DNA of 64,000 bases from assembly GCF_006345805.1 (NCBI RefSeq), contig NC_043019.1:14197360-14261359 (forward strand), written 5' to 3'. The notes beneath the pieces were generated by a model. That model saw only the letters and a list, made by a program, of their open reading frames with translations. It made no database searches and was not told the origin of the DNA. Source of the stretch: Octopus sinensis (Eukaryota). Below are positions 51,435-63,946 of this stretch, piece by piece. Position 1 is the first letter of the stretch; each line of letters starts with the position of its first letter. The position numbers were made by a program, and so were the translations under genes.

Positions 51435-51692
51435 TTTACCCTTTTACTTGTTTCAGTCATTTGATTGTGGCCATGCTCGAGCATCACCTTTTAGTCGAGC
51501 AAATCGACCCCAGGACTTATTCTTTGTAAGCCTAGTACTTATACCATTGGTTTATTTTGACGAACCGCTAAGTTACGGGAATTAAAGACACCAGCATTGG
51601 TTGTCAAACGATGTTGGCGACAACAAACACAGACACACAAACATATACACGCACACACGCACACACACACACACACACACACTCACACACAC

Positions 51693-51741
<49 letters not shown>

Positions 51742-51908
51742 ATACATATATACAAGTTTTTTTCAGTTTCCATCTACCAAATCCACTCACAAGTCTTTGG
51801 TCGACCCGAGGCTATAGTAGAAGACACTTGCCCAAGGTGCCACACAGTGGGACTGAACCCGGAACCACCATGTGGTTGGTAAGCAAGCTACTTACCACAC
51901 AGCCACTC
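51435..51908 (-). mobile_element. SINE family B, full length with internal (CA/TA)n
   Basis: Reverse complement of the complete unit. Confidence 0.85.
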
Positions 51909-52378
51909 TCAGCTTCATTTTATTTTTGTTTTTGCTAATACAAAGAGGAAAACAGCTCCCATAACTTTTGGGGATTTTGTCCTCAGCTGGGAATTTCGCC
52001 ATAAATTGAGTGATGTCAGCATGGAGCTAATGGTCAGTTTGAATTACCACGAAATAATTGCTGGGAAAAACAGATGTTGGTAGGAATCTTGTTACAGATA
52101 TGCAATGAATTCTTGGAAAGTAACATTATGAAAAATATTAAATATGGAATGTCAGATATGAAATGGTACGAGTGAGATTTAGGTGTATTAAGTGGGTTTG
52201 ATCATGTGACACAGCTACCTTATCCAGTTATTTCTAATCTACACTTAAGGAATGTATCATCATCATCACCATCGTCATTTAGCGTTTGTTTTCCATGCTT
52301 GCGTAGGTAAAACGGTTTGACTGAAGCTGGTAAGCCAGAGAGCTGCACCGGGTTCCAGTCCGTTTGGGCTTGGTGTCT

Positions 52379-52610
52379 TATTTCTTTACTGCCCACAAGG
52401 GGCTAAACACATAGAGGACAAACAAGGACAGACAAACGGATCAAGTCGATTATATCGACCTCAGTGCGTAACTGGTACTTAATTTATCGACCTCGAGAGG
52501 ATGAAAGGCAAAGTTGACCTCGGCGGAATTTGAACTCAGAACGTAGCGGCAGACGAAATACCGCTAAGCATTTCGCCCAGCATGCTAACGATTCTGCCAG
52601 CTCGCCACCT
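52379..52610 (-). mobile_element. Family A SINE nested in a family D element
   Basis: cttggt(g/t)tct duplicated on both sides; D sequence resumes at 52611. Confidence 0.85.
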
Positions 52611-52679
52611 TGGTTTCTATGACTGGTTGCCTTCCCTAATGCCAACCGCACCAGAGAGTATACTTGGCATCTTTTATGC

Positions 52680-52925
52680 ATCACATCACTACCACAACCC
52701 CACATCACTTCCACAACCTCACATCACTTCCACAACCTCACATTACTCCCGCAACCCCACAATACTCCCGCAACCCCACAATACTCCCACAACCCCCACA
52801 TCACTCCCACAACCCCACATTGCTCCCACAACCCCACATTACTCCCACGACCCCACATCACTTCCACATTCCCACATTACTCCCACAACCTCATATCACT
52901 CCCACAAATCCTCATCACTCCCACA
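52680..52925. repeat. 19-bp minisatellite ccacaaccccacattactc (about 12 copies)
   Basis: Direct observation. Confidence 0.9.
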
Positions 52926-52944
52926 TGGTTCTTTCTCATCAATT

Positions 52945-53137
52945 TTTTTCTACTCTAGGCACAAGGTCTGATATTTTGGGGGAAGGGGCCAGTCGATTAC
53001 ATCGACCCCAGTACGCAACTGGTACTTAATTTATCGATCCTGAAACGATGAAAGGCAAAGTCAACCTCGGCAGAATTTGAACTCAGAACGTAACAGCAGA
53101 GGAAATACCGCTAAGCATTTCTGCCAGCTCTCCGCCT
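52945..53137 (-). mobile_element. Family A SINE, type-ii tail
   Basis: Body and head on the - strand. Confidence 0.8.
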
Positions 53138-53795
53138 TTTCTCTTCAATTCTTCCATCAATTGCTGCCTCAAAACTCAAGTGACAACATTACTTTCCCTG
53201 CAACTCCTACACGCTCCCCCCCCCGCCCTCCATCCCTCTCTGTCCTCAGACAAAGGTCAAGAGCCTGAAACATTAGATTCTTCACGCCTCAATGACCGTC
53301 GAGCATATCCACACTTCTCTAGAATTCTCCTGTGTATCACGAAAAGGTCATGACCTTTTTTTGCACTTATAGCTCAAGAAGGAAATATATGTGGATGCAG
53401 GCGTGGCTCTGCACACACACACACACACACATGAAGGCCAGGGAAATACAAACCCACTCACACACACACACACACACATGCAGATACACGCGCAAGCATT
53501 TCTCTGCCAATATCATTGAGAAGGGAGGGAACTCTACATCTCTTTTTCTTCTGATCATTAAAGCCACCTGACTTGATATCTCTCTCCCTTCCCCTCTCTC
53601 TCCCTTTCCCTCTCCCTCCCCCGCCTCCAGCCCTGGGTCGTTCCCTTTACAAATACTTTCAGGAAGTATCTTTGCCATAGTCTTCGATTATCAAATAACT
53701 TTATTCATTTAATACTGGCCTCACCATGCTATCTTGGGTTGCACAGGGGACTTGGCTGACACAAGGTTTTACAGCTCAGTGTTCATTCTGTTGTG

Positions 53796-53885
53796 AATCT
53801 GAGGGGAATATGTTGTATGAAAACATTAACTGAACCTCCTGTATTTTCTTTTACCCAAAGCCAGGAACTTTTCAGTGTCCCCTCG
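53796..53885 (+). mobile_element. Right end of a mariner-like MITE
   Basis: aaagccaggaacttttcagtgtcccctcg|ta; homologous to 54513-54609. Confidence 0.65.
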
Positions 53886-53891
53886 TATAAA

Positions 53892-54328
53892 TCATCATCA
53901 TTATTGTTTAACATCCGCTTTCCATGCTGACATGTGTTGAACAGTTTGACTGAGGACTGGCGAACCAGATGGCTGCACCAGGCTCCGATCTGATCTGGCA
54001 GAGTTTCTACAGCTGGATGCCCTTCCTAATGCCAACCACTCTGCGAGTGTAGGGGGTGCTTTTACATGGCTCCGGCACGAGAGCCAGTCAGGTGGCACTG
54101 GCGACAGCCACACTCAAAATGTGTTTTTTATGTGCCACCTGCACAGGAGCCAGTCCAGCGGCACTTGCAACGACCTCACTTGAATGTTGCTTTTCACGTG
54201 CCAGTAAGGTGGCGCTGGTAACGATTATGCTCGAATGGTGCTTTTTATGTGCCACCAGCATGGGAGCCAGTCAGCAGCCCTGACAATGATCATGCTTGGA
54301 TGGTGCTTTTAATGTTCCACTGGCACAG
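53892..54328 (-). mobile_element. Family D element with repeated ttttatgtgccacc units
   Basis: Reverse complement of 11960-12296. Confidence 0.85.
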
Positions 54329-54329
54329 G

Positions 54330-54365
<36 letters not shown>

Positions 54366-54388
54366 ATATATATATACACATATATTTA

Positions 54389-54609
54389 CAGGTGGGGGGG
54401 GCTGAAAAGTTCCTGGCTTTAAGGGTATTACGAAAGGTTTGGTTGGTGGCCCAACCTTCCGAGTTCTTGTACAGGGCTTAGAAAAACTGAAGGACTGGTG
54501 CAATAAGTGTGGAAATCTGAGAGGGGAATATGTTGAATAAAATCACAGTTAACTGATCCTCCTGTATTTTCTTTACAGCCAGGGCCAAAAACCTTCCAGC
54601 ACTTCCTTG
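54389..54609. mobile_element. Mariner-like MITE (~220 bp)
   Basis: Left TIR ...gctgaaaagttcctggcttt after TA; degenerate right TIR. Confidence 0.6.
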
Positions 54610-55244
54610 TGTGTGTGTGTGCATGCATCTGCACAAACACATAAAAGAATGCACGTATATGGTTAAATATTGTGCAAAAGACAAGTCAGAAACAGGTGAG
54701 GGAACATCAAATAAGGTGTAATAAGTTTGACGCTCAGGAAAAATGGAAAAGACTTTGTTGTGTTGAGCCTATGTTCTTCTACAGAAAGGAATGAGGAGAG
54801 AAAACAGATAGAGCGAGGGGAAAAAAAGAAAAACCAGAAAGCATCTGGATTTACCATTACACATACATACATACATACATTGCGTGTGTAGGAGTGGAAT
54901 TTTGTTGACAGAAATAACAAACTTTTTTGTATCATCATCATTATTTTAATATCCACTCTTCTCTACTTGCATGGATCAGATGGAGTTTATTGCGGTTAAT
55001 TTTCTATGGCTGGATACTATTCCTGTCACCAACCTTTGCCTGTTTCCGAGCAAGGTAATATTTCTCCATGGCCAGATATGTTTTCGCAGAGTATTGGGAA
55101 TGGATGACATTCAATAATAACAACCATGTGATGCCAAAACAAGAATACACACACGCACACACACATCTATATATGAGAGGGTTCATTCTGAGTTTCTGTT
55201 GACCAAATCTACTTACAAGGCATTAGTTGACCCAGGATCATAAT

Positions 55245-55693
55245 AGGTGGTGAGCTGGCAGAAACGTTAGCATGCCAGGCGAAATGCTTTGTGGTAATTC
55301 ATCTGCCGCTTCGTTCTGAGTTCAAATTCCACCAAGGTCGACTTTGCCTTTCATCCTTTCGGGGTCGAAAAATTTAGTACCAGTTGCATGTTGAGATCGA
55401 TGTGATCGACTTAATCCCTTTGTCTGTCCTTGTTTGTCCCCTCTATGTTTAGCCCCTTCTGGGCAATAAAGAAATTAGAAACGTTAGCATGCAGGGTGAA
55501 ATAATTTGTGGTATTTTGTCCGCCACTACGTTCTGAGTTCAAATTCTACTGAGGTCGACTTTGCCTTTCATCCCTTCAGAGTTGATAAATCAAGTACCAG
55601 TTACGCACTGGGGTCAATGTAATTGACTTAATCCCTATGTCTGTCCTTGTTTGTCTCCTCTATGTTTAGCTCCTTGTGGGCAATGAAGAAATA
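55245..55693 (+). mobile_element. Family A dimer (type-2 junction gaaattagaaacgttagc)
   Basis: Two type-i units. Confidence 0.85.
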
Positions 55694-56039
55694 AGAATTG
55701 TAACCCATGGTGTCATGCTGTGGGACTCTAACAAAAACCATGCAGATGGGAAGCAAACCACATACCCATGCCGCCTGCACCCGTGGGTTTCAAGACTCAA
55801 TACAACAAAAACCCCACCAACAAAACCCCAGAAGCATGTTTATATTTTGAATCTTACTAGATAAATACTTCTTTCACTCTTTAGTGCAATGAATACTTTA
55901 TTGATATTTCGTGCTTTGCTGTATCTCACAGTGCGAGATAAGCCTAGCCGGCTTTAACGACCGCTTCAATGAGAGCTGTAGAGTTCCCTCCCTTCTCAGA
56001 GATATTCACAGGAAAAATATATTATTATTATTATTATTA

Positions 56040-56660
56040 AGGCAGTGAGTTGGCAGAATTGTTAGCGTGTTGGACAAAATGCTTAGCAGTATTTCACTTG
56101 TCGCTACGTTATGGGTTCAAATTTTGCCGAGGTCGACTTTGCCTTTCATACTTTCGGGGTCGATTAAATAAGTACCAGTTATGCACTGGGGTCGATATAA
56201 TCGACTTAATCTGTTTGTCTGTCCTTGTTTGTCCTCTCTGTGTTTAGCCCCTTGTGGGTAGTAAAAAAATAGGTATTTCGTTTGCTGCTACATTCTGGGT
56301 TCAAATTCTGCCGAGGTTGACTTTGCCTTTCATCCTTTCAGGGTTGATTAATTAGATACCAGTGATGCACTGGGGCTGATGTAATCGACTTAATCCCCTC
56401 ACCCAAGCTGCCCTTGTGGCAAAAATTTGGAATCATTATTATTATTATGGTAAGCTGGCAGAATCATTAGCACACCAGGCAAAATGTTTAGCAGTATTTC
56501 TTCTGTCTTTACATCCCGAGTTCAAATTCCACTAAGGTTGACTTTACCTTTCATCCTTTCATGGTCAATAAAATAAGTACCAGTTGAGGACTGAGGGTCA
56601 ATGTAATCGACTTACTCCCTCCCCTAAATTTGTTGACCTTGTGCCAAAATTTGAAACCAT
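56040..56660 (+). mobile_element. Family A dimer (type i + ii) followed by a type-ii copy
   Basis: Junction aaatag|gtatttcg at about 56267-56280. Confidence 0.85.
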
Positions 56661-56666
56661 TATTAT

Positions 56667-56813
56667 TATTATTATTTAAAACAGTTTGATTTGACCCTAT
56701 GTTACTTAAAGTGTCATAGGCTTCTTACTGAAACCCAGCCCTTTCAAGCTGAATAAACTATGAAACTTTTAAGTTGCATGGGGCTGAATCAAACTGCTTT
56801 AAATAATAATAAT
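56667..56813. mobile_element. Small foldback/MITE
   Basis: tattatttaaaacagtttgatt...cttaaagtgtcatag is mirrored by ctatgaaacttttaag...aatcaaactgctttaaataata. Confidence 0.65.
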
Positions 56814-56816
56814 ATA

Positions 56817-57339
56817 CCGTAAATCCTCGAGTATAATCCGCATTTTTTCCCCAAAAATTTAAAGGTCAAAATCCCTAGTGCGTTCTATATACGAGGTTAA
56901 AAATGAAAAATATTTTCTAAGCAATGTCCAAGTCTCTATTTGCTGTCCAGCAATGTTTATTCAGACGCATTTTGAGATGTTGGGCGTGAAAATACCTTAA
57001 GCTAAGCCTGAAAGCAATGAAGTCATAAAAGAATCATCCATAACTTGCAGTAAGCAACATTTATCAAAATAAAAGTATTCAGAACACAGAATAACATGTA
57101 ACAAAAACAGTTTGCAAACATATTTACATTCCCATATAACAGTTAAGAACATCACCATTATTGTATTACGCATGCGCAGAAGTGTTTGTTCGACTAAGTG
57201 ATGCTGGCTTAATTATGCACAATTCAAGTTAGAGAAGGGGTGTGTATTATACACAAGGTTTAGGTTTTTCAGAGGTACAGCCTCCTAAAAATCCCCTGCG
57301 TATTATACTCAAGGGCGGACTATACTCGAGGATTTACCG
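56817..57339. mobile_element. Non-autonomous Tc1/mariner-superfamily (Tc2/pogo-type, CCGTA TIR) element with TA TSD
   Basis: ta|ccgtaaatcctcgagtataatccgc ... gcggactatactcgaggatttaccg|ta. Confidence 0.88.
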
Positions 57340-57756
57340 TATATATATATAATGTGTGAATGTGCATGGCCTAGTGGTTGGGGTGTTGCGATCGTGAAAT
57401 CGTGGTTTCAATTCCTAGACTGTTGTTTTCCTTTCTTTCACTTTGCTCTGAGATCATTTCAACATCTGACATGTGGCACATTTATGCACCTGTGGAGGCA
57501 ATATCGATTTAATGGAGGAAGCAAGCTAATGTATGGCACATGCATTTGATCACTATAAACAGAACCATTTGTACAGATTCTTCAGCAAGAAATAATGGCC
57601 CCCTTGTCCATCATCCAACAACAGAAGAGTCCATAACACACACACTATATATATATATATAGAAAATATTATTAGAGACAAAACCACTATTTTGCAAAAC
57701 AAACAAGGAAAGACTTAATCAATACATAAAATTTTAATAAATAGTAAAAAAAACCG

Positions 57757-57799
57757 CCACTACAATTGTTTCTTGTCTTGATCGACAATCTTCAGGTGG
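57757..57799 (-). ncRNA. Minimal type I hammerhead ribozyme
   Basis: ccac-CUGAAGA-uuguc gaucaa gacaa-GAAA-c aauu g-UA-gugg. Confidence 0.8.
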
Positions 57800-58180
57800 A
57801 CTTCCAATATTACACACAGTCTCATTGACATCATAGAACTGGAATAGCACGCCAGAAAAAAAGCATAACAGAAGTGAAATTGACGGTAAACACACAGTTG
57901 TGACTGCAAAACGGGCAAAGGAGATTCGGATAAGGGCGCAGTCCTCGGCCGTTCGCTCATTCTTCATGGTTATTTCGTTATATATATATATATGTGTGTG
58001 TGTGTGTATAATATATATATATATACTTTTATATTTTTAAGGTAGGTTTTGAGTGTGAGCCTGTCTGACCAAGCTTTGGTTTGGTGTAAAGTGGACGCTT
58101 GTTGGGTGAGCAAGTGCTGGGCCAACAAAAGCAGGTAGGGGTTTCAGATGGGTAAAGATATCCGTCAGTTGGTAATGTAG

Positions 58181-58213
<33 letters not shown>

Positions 58214-58647
58214 CAAGTATAAACACTCACTCAGTCACTCATACATACACACACAGGTCCGTTGAGTGTCGTCTCCAAGCAGTAGTAATAATCCTAACGG
58301 TTATATGTGTGTGTGGAGAATGTGGGACTTGGTTTCCGATGGTATCTGGACCGGAGGAAGTTGGTTCTTCCTTCCCACTTTTCACTACGAGTATTTTCGC
58401 CCGAAACAGCTGTGGGAGGCAGTGGCGGCGGTGGTGGTGGTGGCAATAAGTGGGGGTGGTGATTGAGCCCATGCGCCCCCACTTTTAGGCCTCATCCACT
58501 CCTCTTGGCTGCTTTTTCTTGTTTCTTCCCTCCTGACACCAAAAATGTCAGACGTGAGAATAGCGACAAAGGTAGAGAGGAGGAGGAGGAGCAGTTGTGA
58601 TGGTGTTGGTGATGATGATGGTTATGATGCTTGTGGCTGTGATAAGT

Positions 58648-58690
58648 CCACCTGAAGATTGTCGATCAAGACAAGAAACAATTGTAGTGG
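58648..58690 (+). ncRNA. Minimal type I hammerhead ribozyme (predicted cleavage after GUA at 58686)
   Basis: Stem I ccac/gtgg, core CTGAAGA 58652-58658, stem II ttgtc/gacaa, GAAA 58675-58678, palindromic stem III ACAATTGT. Confidence 0.8.
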
Positions 58691-58866
58691 CGGTTTTTTT
58701 TACTATTTATTAAAATTTTATGTATTGATTAAGTCTTTCCTTGTTTGTTTTGCAAAATAGTGGTTTTGTCTCTAATAATATTTTATAATATTTTACTATA
58801 AAATTGGATTTAATCCTAAATCTGATTTTTTCCCTGTAAATTTGGATTTATTCCCTAATATTTATT

Positions 58867-58909
<43 letters not shown>

Positions 58910-58911
<2 letters not shown>

Positions 58912-59065
58912 CACTCTCGGAGTGGTTGGCGTTAGGAAGGGCATCCAGCTGTAGAAACACTGCCAGATCTGACTGGCCTGGTGCAGCCTTCGGGCTTGCC
59001 AGACCCCAGTTGAACCGTCTAACCCATGCTAGCATGGAAAGCGGACGTTAAATGATGATGATGAT
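58910..59065 (+). mobile_element. Family D 3' part
   Basis: ggcgttaggaagggcatccagctgtagaaac...(gat)n. Confidence 0.85.
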
Positions 59066-59171
59066 ACATACATACACACATGCATATACAATATATATAT
59101 ACACATACACACATATATACACACACACACATATACAATATATATATATGTATACACATGCACACATATAG

Positions 59172-59206
<35 letters not shown>

Positions 59207-59486
59207 CATCATGTGTGGGTGTAAAGCAAGGTTAGAAATACCAATTATGTTTTCTGCGTCTCTTTATCAATACGTAATGCGGTTTCAACTACACAGTGTA
59301 GTCAGTACAAAAGTATAATGGCTTTTGTCATAACATGGGAGAGTATCGGAGTGGAGTGTGGGACCGTTTACCAAGCCCAAAACCGTTTTGGTAATGTCTC
59401 TTGTCTTCCATTATGCTTTTGAATTATACACACACAAGTATGTATGTATATGTGTTTGTGTTTGTGTGTGTATGTATGTATGTGTG

Positions 59487-59527
<41 letters not shown>

Positions 59528-59597
59528 TGTATGTATGTATGTATGTATATATAGTCTAACCATGCCAGCATGGAAAACAGTTGTTAAATGATGATAT

Positions 59598-59623
59598 CTA
59601 TATATGTGTATGTATGGTTGTAT

Positions 59624-59693
<70 letters not shown>

Positions 59694-59739
59694 TATGTAT
59701 ATATATATATTATATATATATATATGTTATATATATATG

Positions 59740-59818
<79 letters not shown>

Positions 59819-59825
59819 GTATATA

Positions 59826-59860
<35 letters not shown>

Positions 59861-60019
59861 ATATATGTATATGTATATATATGTATATGTATATATATGT
59901 ATATGTATATATATGTATATGTATATATATGTATATGTATATATATGTATATATATATATATGTATATATATATGTGTATATATATATGTATATATATAT
60001 ATGTATATATATATATATG

Positions 60020-60066
<47 letters not shown>

Positions 60067-60067
60067 G

Positions 60068-60098
<31 letters not shown>

Positions 60099-60147
60099 GT
60101 ATATATATTATGATAATATATATTATATGTATATTAATATATATATG

Positions 60148-60178
<31 letters not shown>

Positions 60179-60527
60179 GTATTATATATATATATGTATT
60201 ATATATATGTATATATATATATATGTATATATATATATGTATATATATATATGTATATATATATATGTATATATATATATGTATATATATATATGTATAT
60301 ATATATATATGTATATATATATATGTATATGTATATATGTATAGATATATATATATATGTATATATAATATATATGTATAATGTGTATATATGTTATATA
60401 TATGTATATGTTATATATTGTATAGTATGTATAGTCTGTTATGTATATGTATATTATGTATATATGTATATATTATATATAGTATATATATATGTATATA
60501 TATATATATGTATATATATATAGTATG

Positions 60528-60565
<38 letters not shown>

Positions 60566-60590
60566 GAAGAGAGAGAGAGAGAGAGAGATA
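59598..60590. repeat. ~1-kb (TA)n/(TATG)n microsatellite ending in (GA)n
   Basis: Direct observation; explains the YI-repeat ORFs. Confidence 0.97.
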
Positions 60591-60790
60591 TGGATATCAC
60601 TAAAGTGACAGAGGGTACAAAGTGGTACTGGCATTGCTAGAAATAAGAGTGAAAATGACTCATTAGCCACAAGAGCACTCTCTTAATAAGCTGACAAGAT
60701 TGTGCTCTTGTGGCTAATGAGTTGTTTTGACTCTTATTTCTAGCAATACCCGTACCACTTTCTACCATCTGTCACCTTAGTGACATCTAT
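60589..60790. mobile_element. Foldback MITE (arms ~95 bp)
   Basis: gatatcactaaagtgacaga...ctcattagccacaagagcac is mirrored by gtgctcttgtggctaatgag...tctgtcaccttagtgacatc; TA flanks. Confidence 0.8.
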
Positions 60791-60830
60791 AAATTTGCCT
60801 CTAGGTTGTTAAATTGCTAATAAGCCACCC

Positions 60831-60870
<40 letters not shown>

Positions 60871-61070
60871 TATCATCAGTAAATCATAAATCTGAAAGAG
60901 AAGTACATTCTAACTTCTAGAGCAGTAGAGTATTTAGATATGGTTATGACCAATCTATGGGGTTGCCCAGGGTTTTGCATACATGAAGCACTTAGCTTTA
61001 CGGGTGTGAAACCCTTGGTAACTCCATAGATCAGTCATAACCATTTTTGTCTAAATATGTATATATATAT

Positions 61071-61380
61071 AGGTGCAGGAGTGGCTGTGTTGTAAGTAGC
61101 TTGCTTACCAACCACATGGTTCCAGGTTCACTCCCACTGCATGGCACCTTGGGCAAGTGTCTTCTACTATAGCCTCGGGCCGACCAAAGCATTGTGAGTG
61201 GATTTAGTAGATGGAAACTGTGGCCATGCTGGAGCACTGCCTTTAGTCAAGCAAATCAAGCCCAGGACTTATTCTTTGGAAGCCTAGTACTCATTCTATC
61301 AGTCTCTTTTGCCAAATCGCTAAGTTACGGGGACGTAAACACACCGGCATCAGTTGTCAAGCGATGTTGGGGGGACAAAC

Positions 61381-61434
<54 letters not shown>

Positions 61435-61590
61435 TTACATATATATGACGGGCTTCTTTTAGTTTCCATTATCTGAAAGCCAAATCTCTTCAGAGGTAGT
61501 TTAAGATATACGAAATAGGTGTTCAATTCCTGCATGTTGAATATACAGTTGCAAACTGCTATATATATATATATATATATAATCATACAC

Positions 61591-61636
<46 letters not shown>

Positions 61637-61850
61637 TTGTGTGTCTGTGTTTGTCTCCCTAGCATTGCTTGACAACCGATGCTGGTGTGTTTACGTCCCC
61701 GTCACTTAGCGGTTCGGCAAAAAGTGACCGAAAGAAAGTACTGGGCTTACAAAGAATAACTCCTGGGGAGTCGATTTGCTCGACTAAAGGCAGTGCTCCA
61801 GCATGGCCACAGTCAAAAGACTGAAACAAGTAAAAGAGTAAAAGAGTAAT
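61071..61850. mobile_element. Family B pieces: + head (61071-61220), inverted 3' part (61220-61470), + tail (61625-61850)
   Basis: The strand switches at gaaactg|tggccatgc. Confidence 0.75.
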
Positions 61851-61910
61851 ATAAAATCATACACATGCAAACATATATATATATAAACACACACCTACAC
61901 ATACATACAA

Positions 61911-61941
<31 letters not shown>

Positions 61942-62526
61942 TTTTCACACATACATACATACATACATATACAAACAAACATGTATGCGAAAGCAATTTG
62001 TTGCAGCCTTTGGTTTGTTGGTTTTTTTATCTGCCATGAATCGTTTGTTATTTCATCTCTCAACAATGCAGTAACAGTATCTACTCTAAGCTTATTTTAC
62101 GATGTTTTAATGGTAAACAATACCGTCTCTTGGCTGCAGTCACTACTGCAGTAAAATAAACACTATCCACATCCGAGCAGTTCAGAAGAGACAAACTAGT
62201 CAATTTACCATTACTGTTGTTGTTATTGTTGTTGTTGGTGGTGGTGTTACCACTGTCGTCGTCTTGGCTCAGGGTTGGTTTTATTCCTTGTGGAATTTAT
62301 ATGGGTGTCGGGTTACTCACTGTAACTTTAGATGTCCACATGATTTCAATAAGGCATCAAGTGCTCAAAACCCTTGTGATGTTCTTTCCTGTTCCTAATT
62401 GAGGCGAACCATCTCTAGAAGCTCTACAAGACATTCCATTCCAGTCTCCTTTTTGTATTTGTGTATTTCATCACTGACAGGCCCTAATGCACCAATTACC
62501 AATTATCATTATTATTAATATTATTA

Positions 62527-62565
<39 letters not shown>

Positions 62566-62709
62566 TATTATTATGCCAAGGAAGTTGACTTGGTCTTTCA
62601 TCATTTTGGGGTTGATAAAATAAGTACCAGTTAAACACTGGGGTTGATGTAATCAAAATTGCTGTACATTTAGAAACAGTCAGTTATAGGTTTTCAGCAC
62701 TTTTTTGTA

Positions 62710-63293
62710 AGACCCCCTTCAGTCATGAAAGTTACCCTCCCAGGCACAAGTCTGGGCAAGGTTGTTAATGGAAGACCAGCAGTCGTCCATGGATACCACG
62801 CCACTGATGTTATCCAAGGGAAAGGCAAAGGGGCCGATACAGCTTGGCACCAGTGACACCGCAACTCAATTCTACAGCTGAGTGAACTGGAGCAACGTGA
62901 AATAAAGTGTCTTGCCCAAGAACACAACACATAGCCCAGTCCAGGAATTGAACTCACAAAGATCTCCTTTGGTAAAGAGAGACCATGGGATTACACCTAG
63001 AGAAGTACCCTCCGAGGCGCAAGTCCAGGTAAATTTGCTTACGGAAGACCAGCAGCCGCCCATGCATACCAGCCTCCACTCTCCACATCCCTGATGTTAT
63101 CCAAGGGAAAGGCAAAGGGGCTGATACAGCTTGGCACCAGTGACATTGCAACCCATTTCTACAGATGAGTGAACTGGAGCAACGTGAAATAAAGTGTCTT
63201 GCTCAAGAACACAACACAAGCTTAGTCTAGGAATCGAACTCACTATCTCATGATTGCAAGCCTGACGCTCTAACCACCAAGCCATGTGCCTTC
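62710..63293 (-). mobile_element. Family C head-to-tail dimer
   Basis: Minus-strand junction aaaggagatct|ttgtgagttc at about 62950-62970, the same as in the 50239 trimer. Confidence 0.88.
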
Positions 63294-63943
63294 ACTAAGG
63301 TTTACAGCACTAAACCTACCATATTCCATTCTGGTATTAGACCATAATCCACACTCAGCTACATGGTGCTTTTTTCTGAACATGGTGTAATATGGAGGTC
63401 AAGGCATGTTTCAGTTTGCCATCTGATTTATCTGGTATTTTTTTGTTTTTTTTCGTAAATCTGTGTGGGCGGGTTATTTGGAAAAGAGATTAGTAAGTTG
63501 GGTTTAGCTTTCTGAGTTTTATATATTTATCTATATATCCATTGCACATCCGTATCTGCTGTAAGCCTCTCCTTGTCTTTCTCTTTCTCTCTCTTTCTAT
63601 CATATTTCTGTCTCTCTATCTAGTGTATGTCTAATCTTTCCTTATTATATTCCTATCTCCATATCATATCATTCTTACTCTTAATTCTTCCTTTAGTGTC
63701 TGGTTTTAGCTATGATGTATATCTATCTTTCTGTCTGTCATTCTACTCTCTCTCTCTCTCTCTCTCTCTTGTCTGTCTCTCTATCATATCTTTCTTTTAA
63801 TTCTTCCTTCGGTGTCTAATTCCGGCTATAATGTCCATCTGTTTCTCTCTGTCTTTCACTCTAATCTCTTTCTCTTTCCTCCTATTCTTTCATACTATGA
63901 AAATCCTTGAACACTCTTTACGACTGTTTCAAGCAATTTTCTA

Positions 63944-63946
<3 letters not shown>

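Larger units (their letters stand above)
57663..58784. mobile_element. Young element bounded by 141-bp identical inverted repeats (Penelope-like pLTR) carrying hammerhead ribozymes
   Basis: 57663-57803 is the exact reverse complement of 58644-58784 by eye. Confidence 0.8.

Noticed and set aside
59581-60523. Longest ORFs (266 and 311 aa)
   Set aside because: (TA/TG)n microsatellite read-through.
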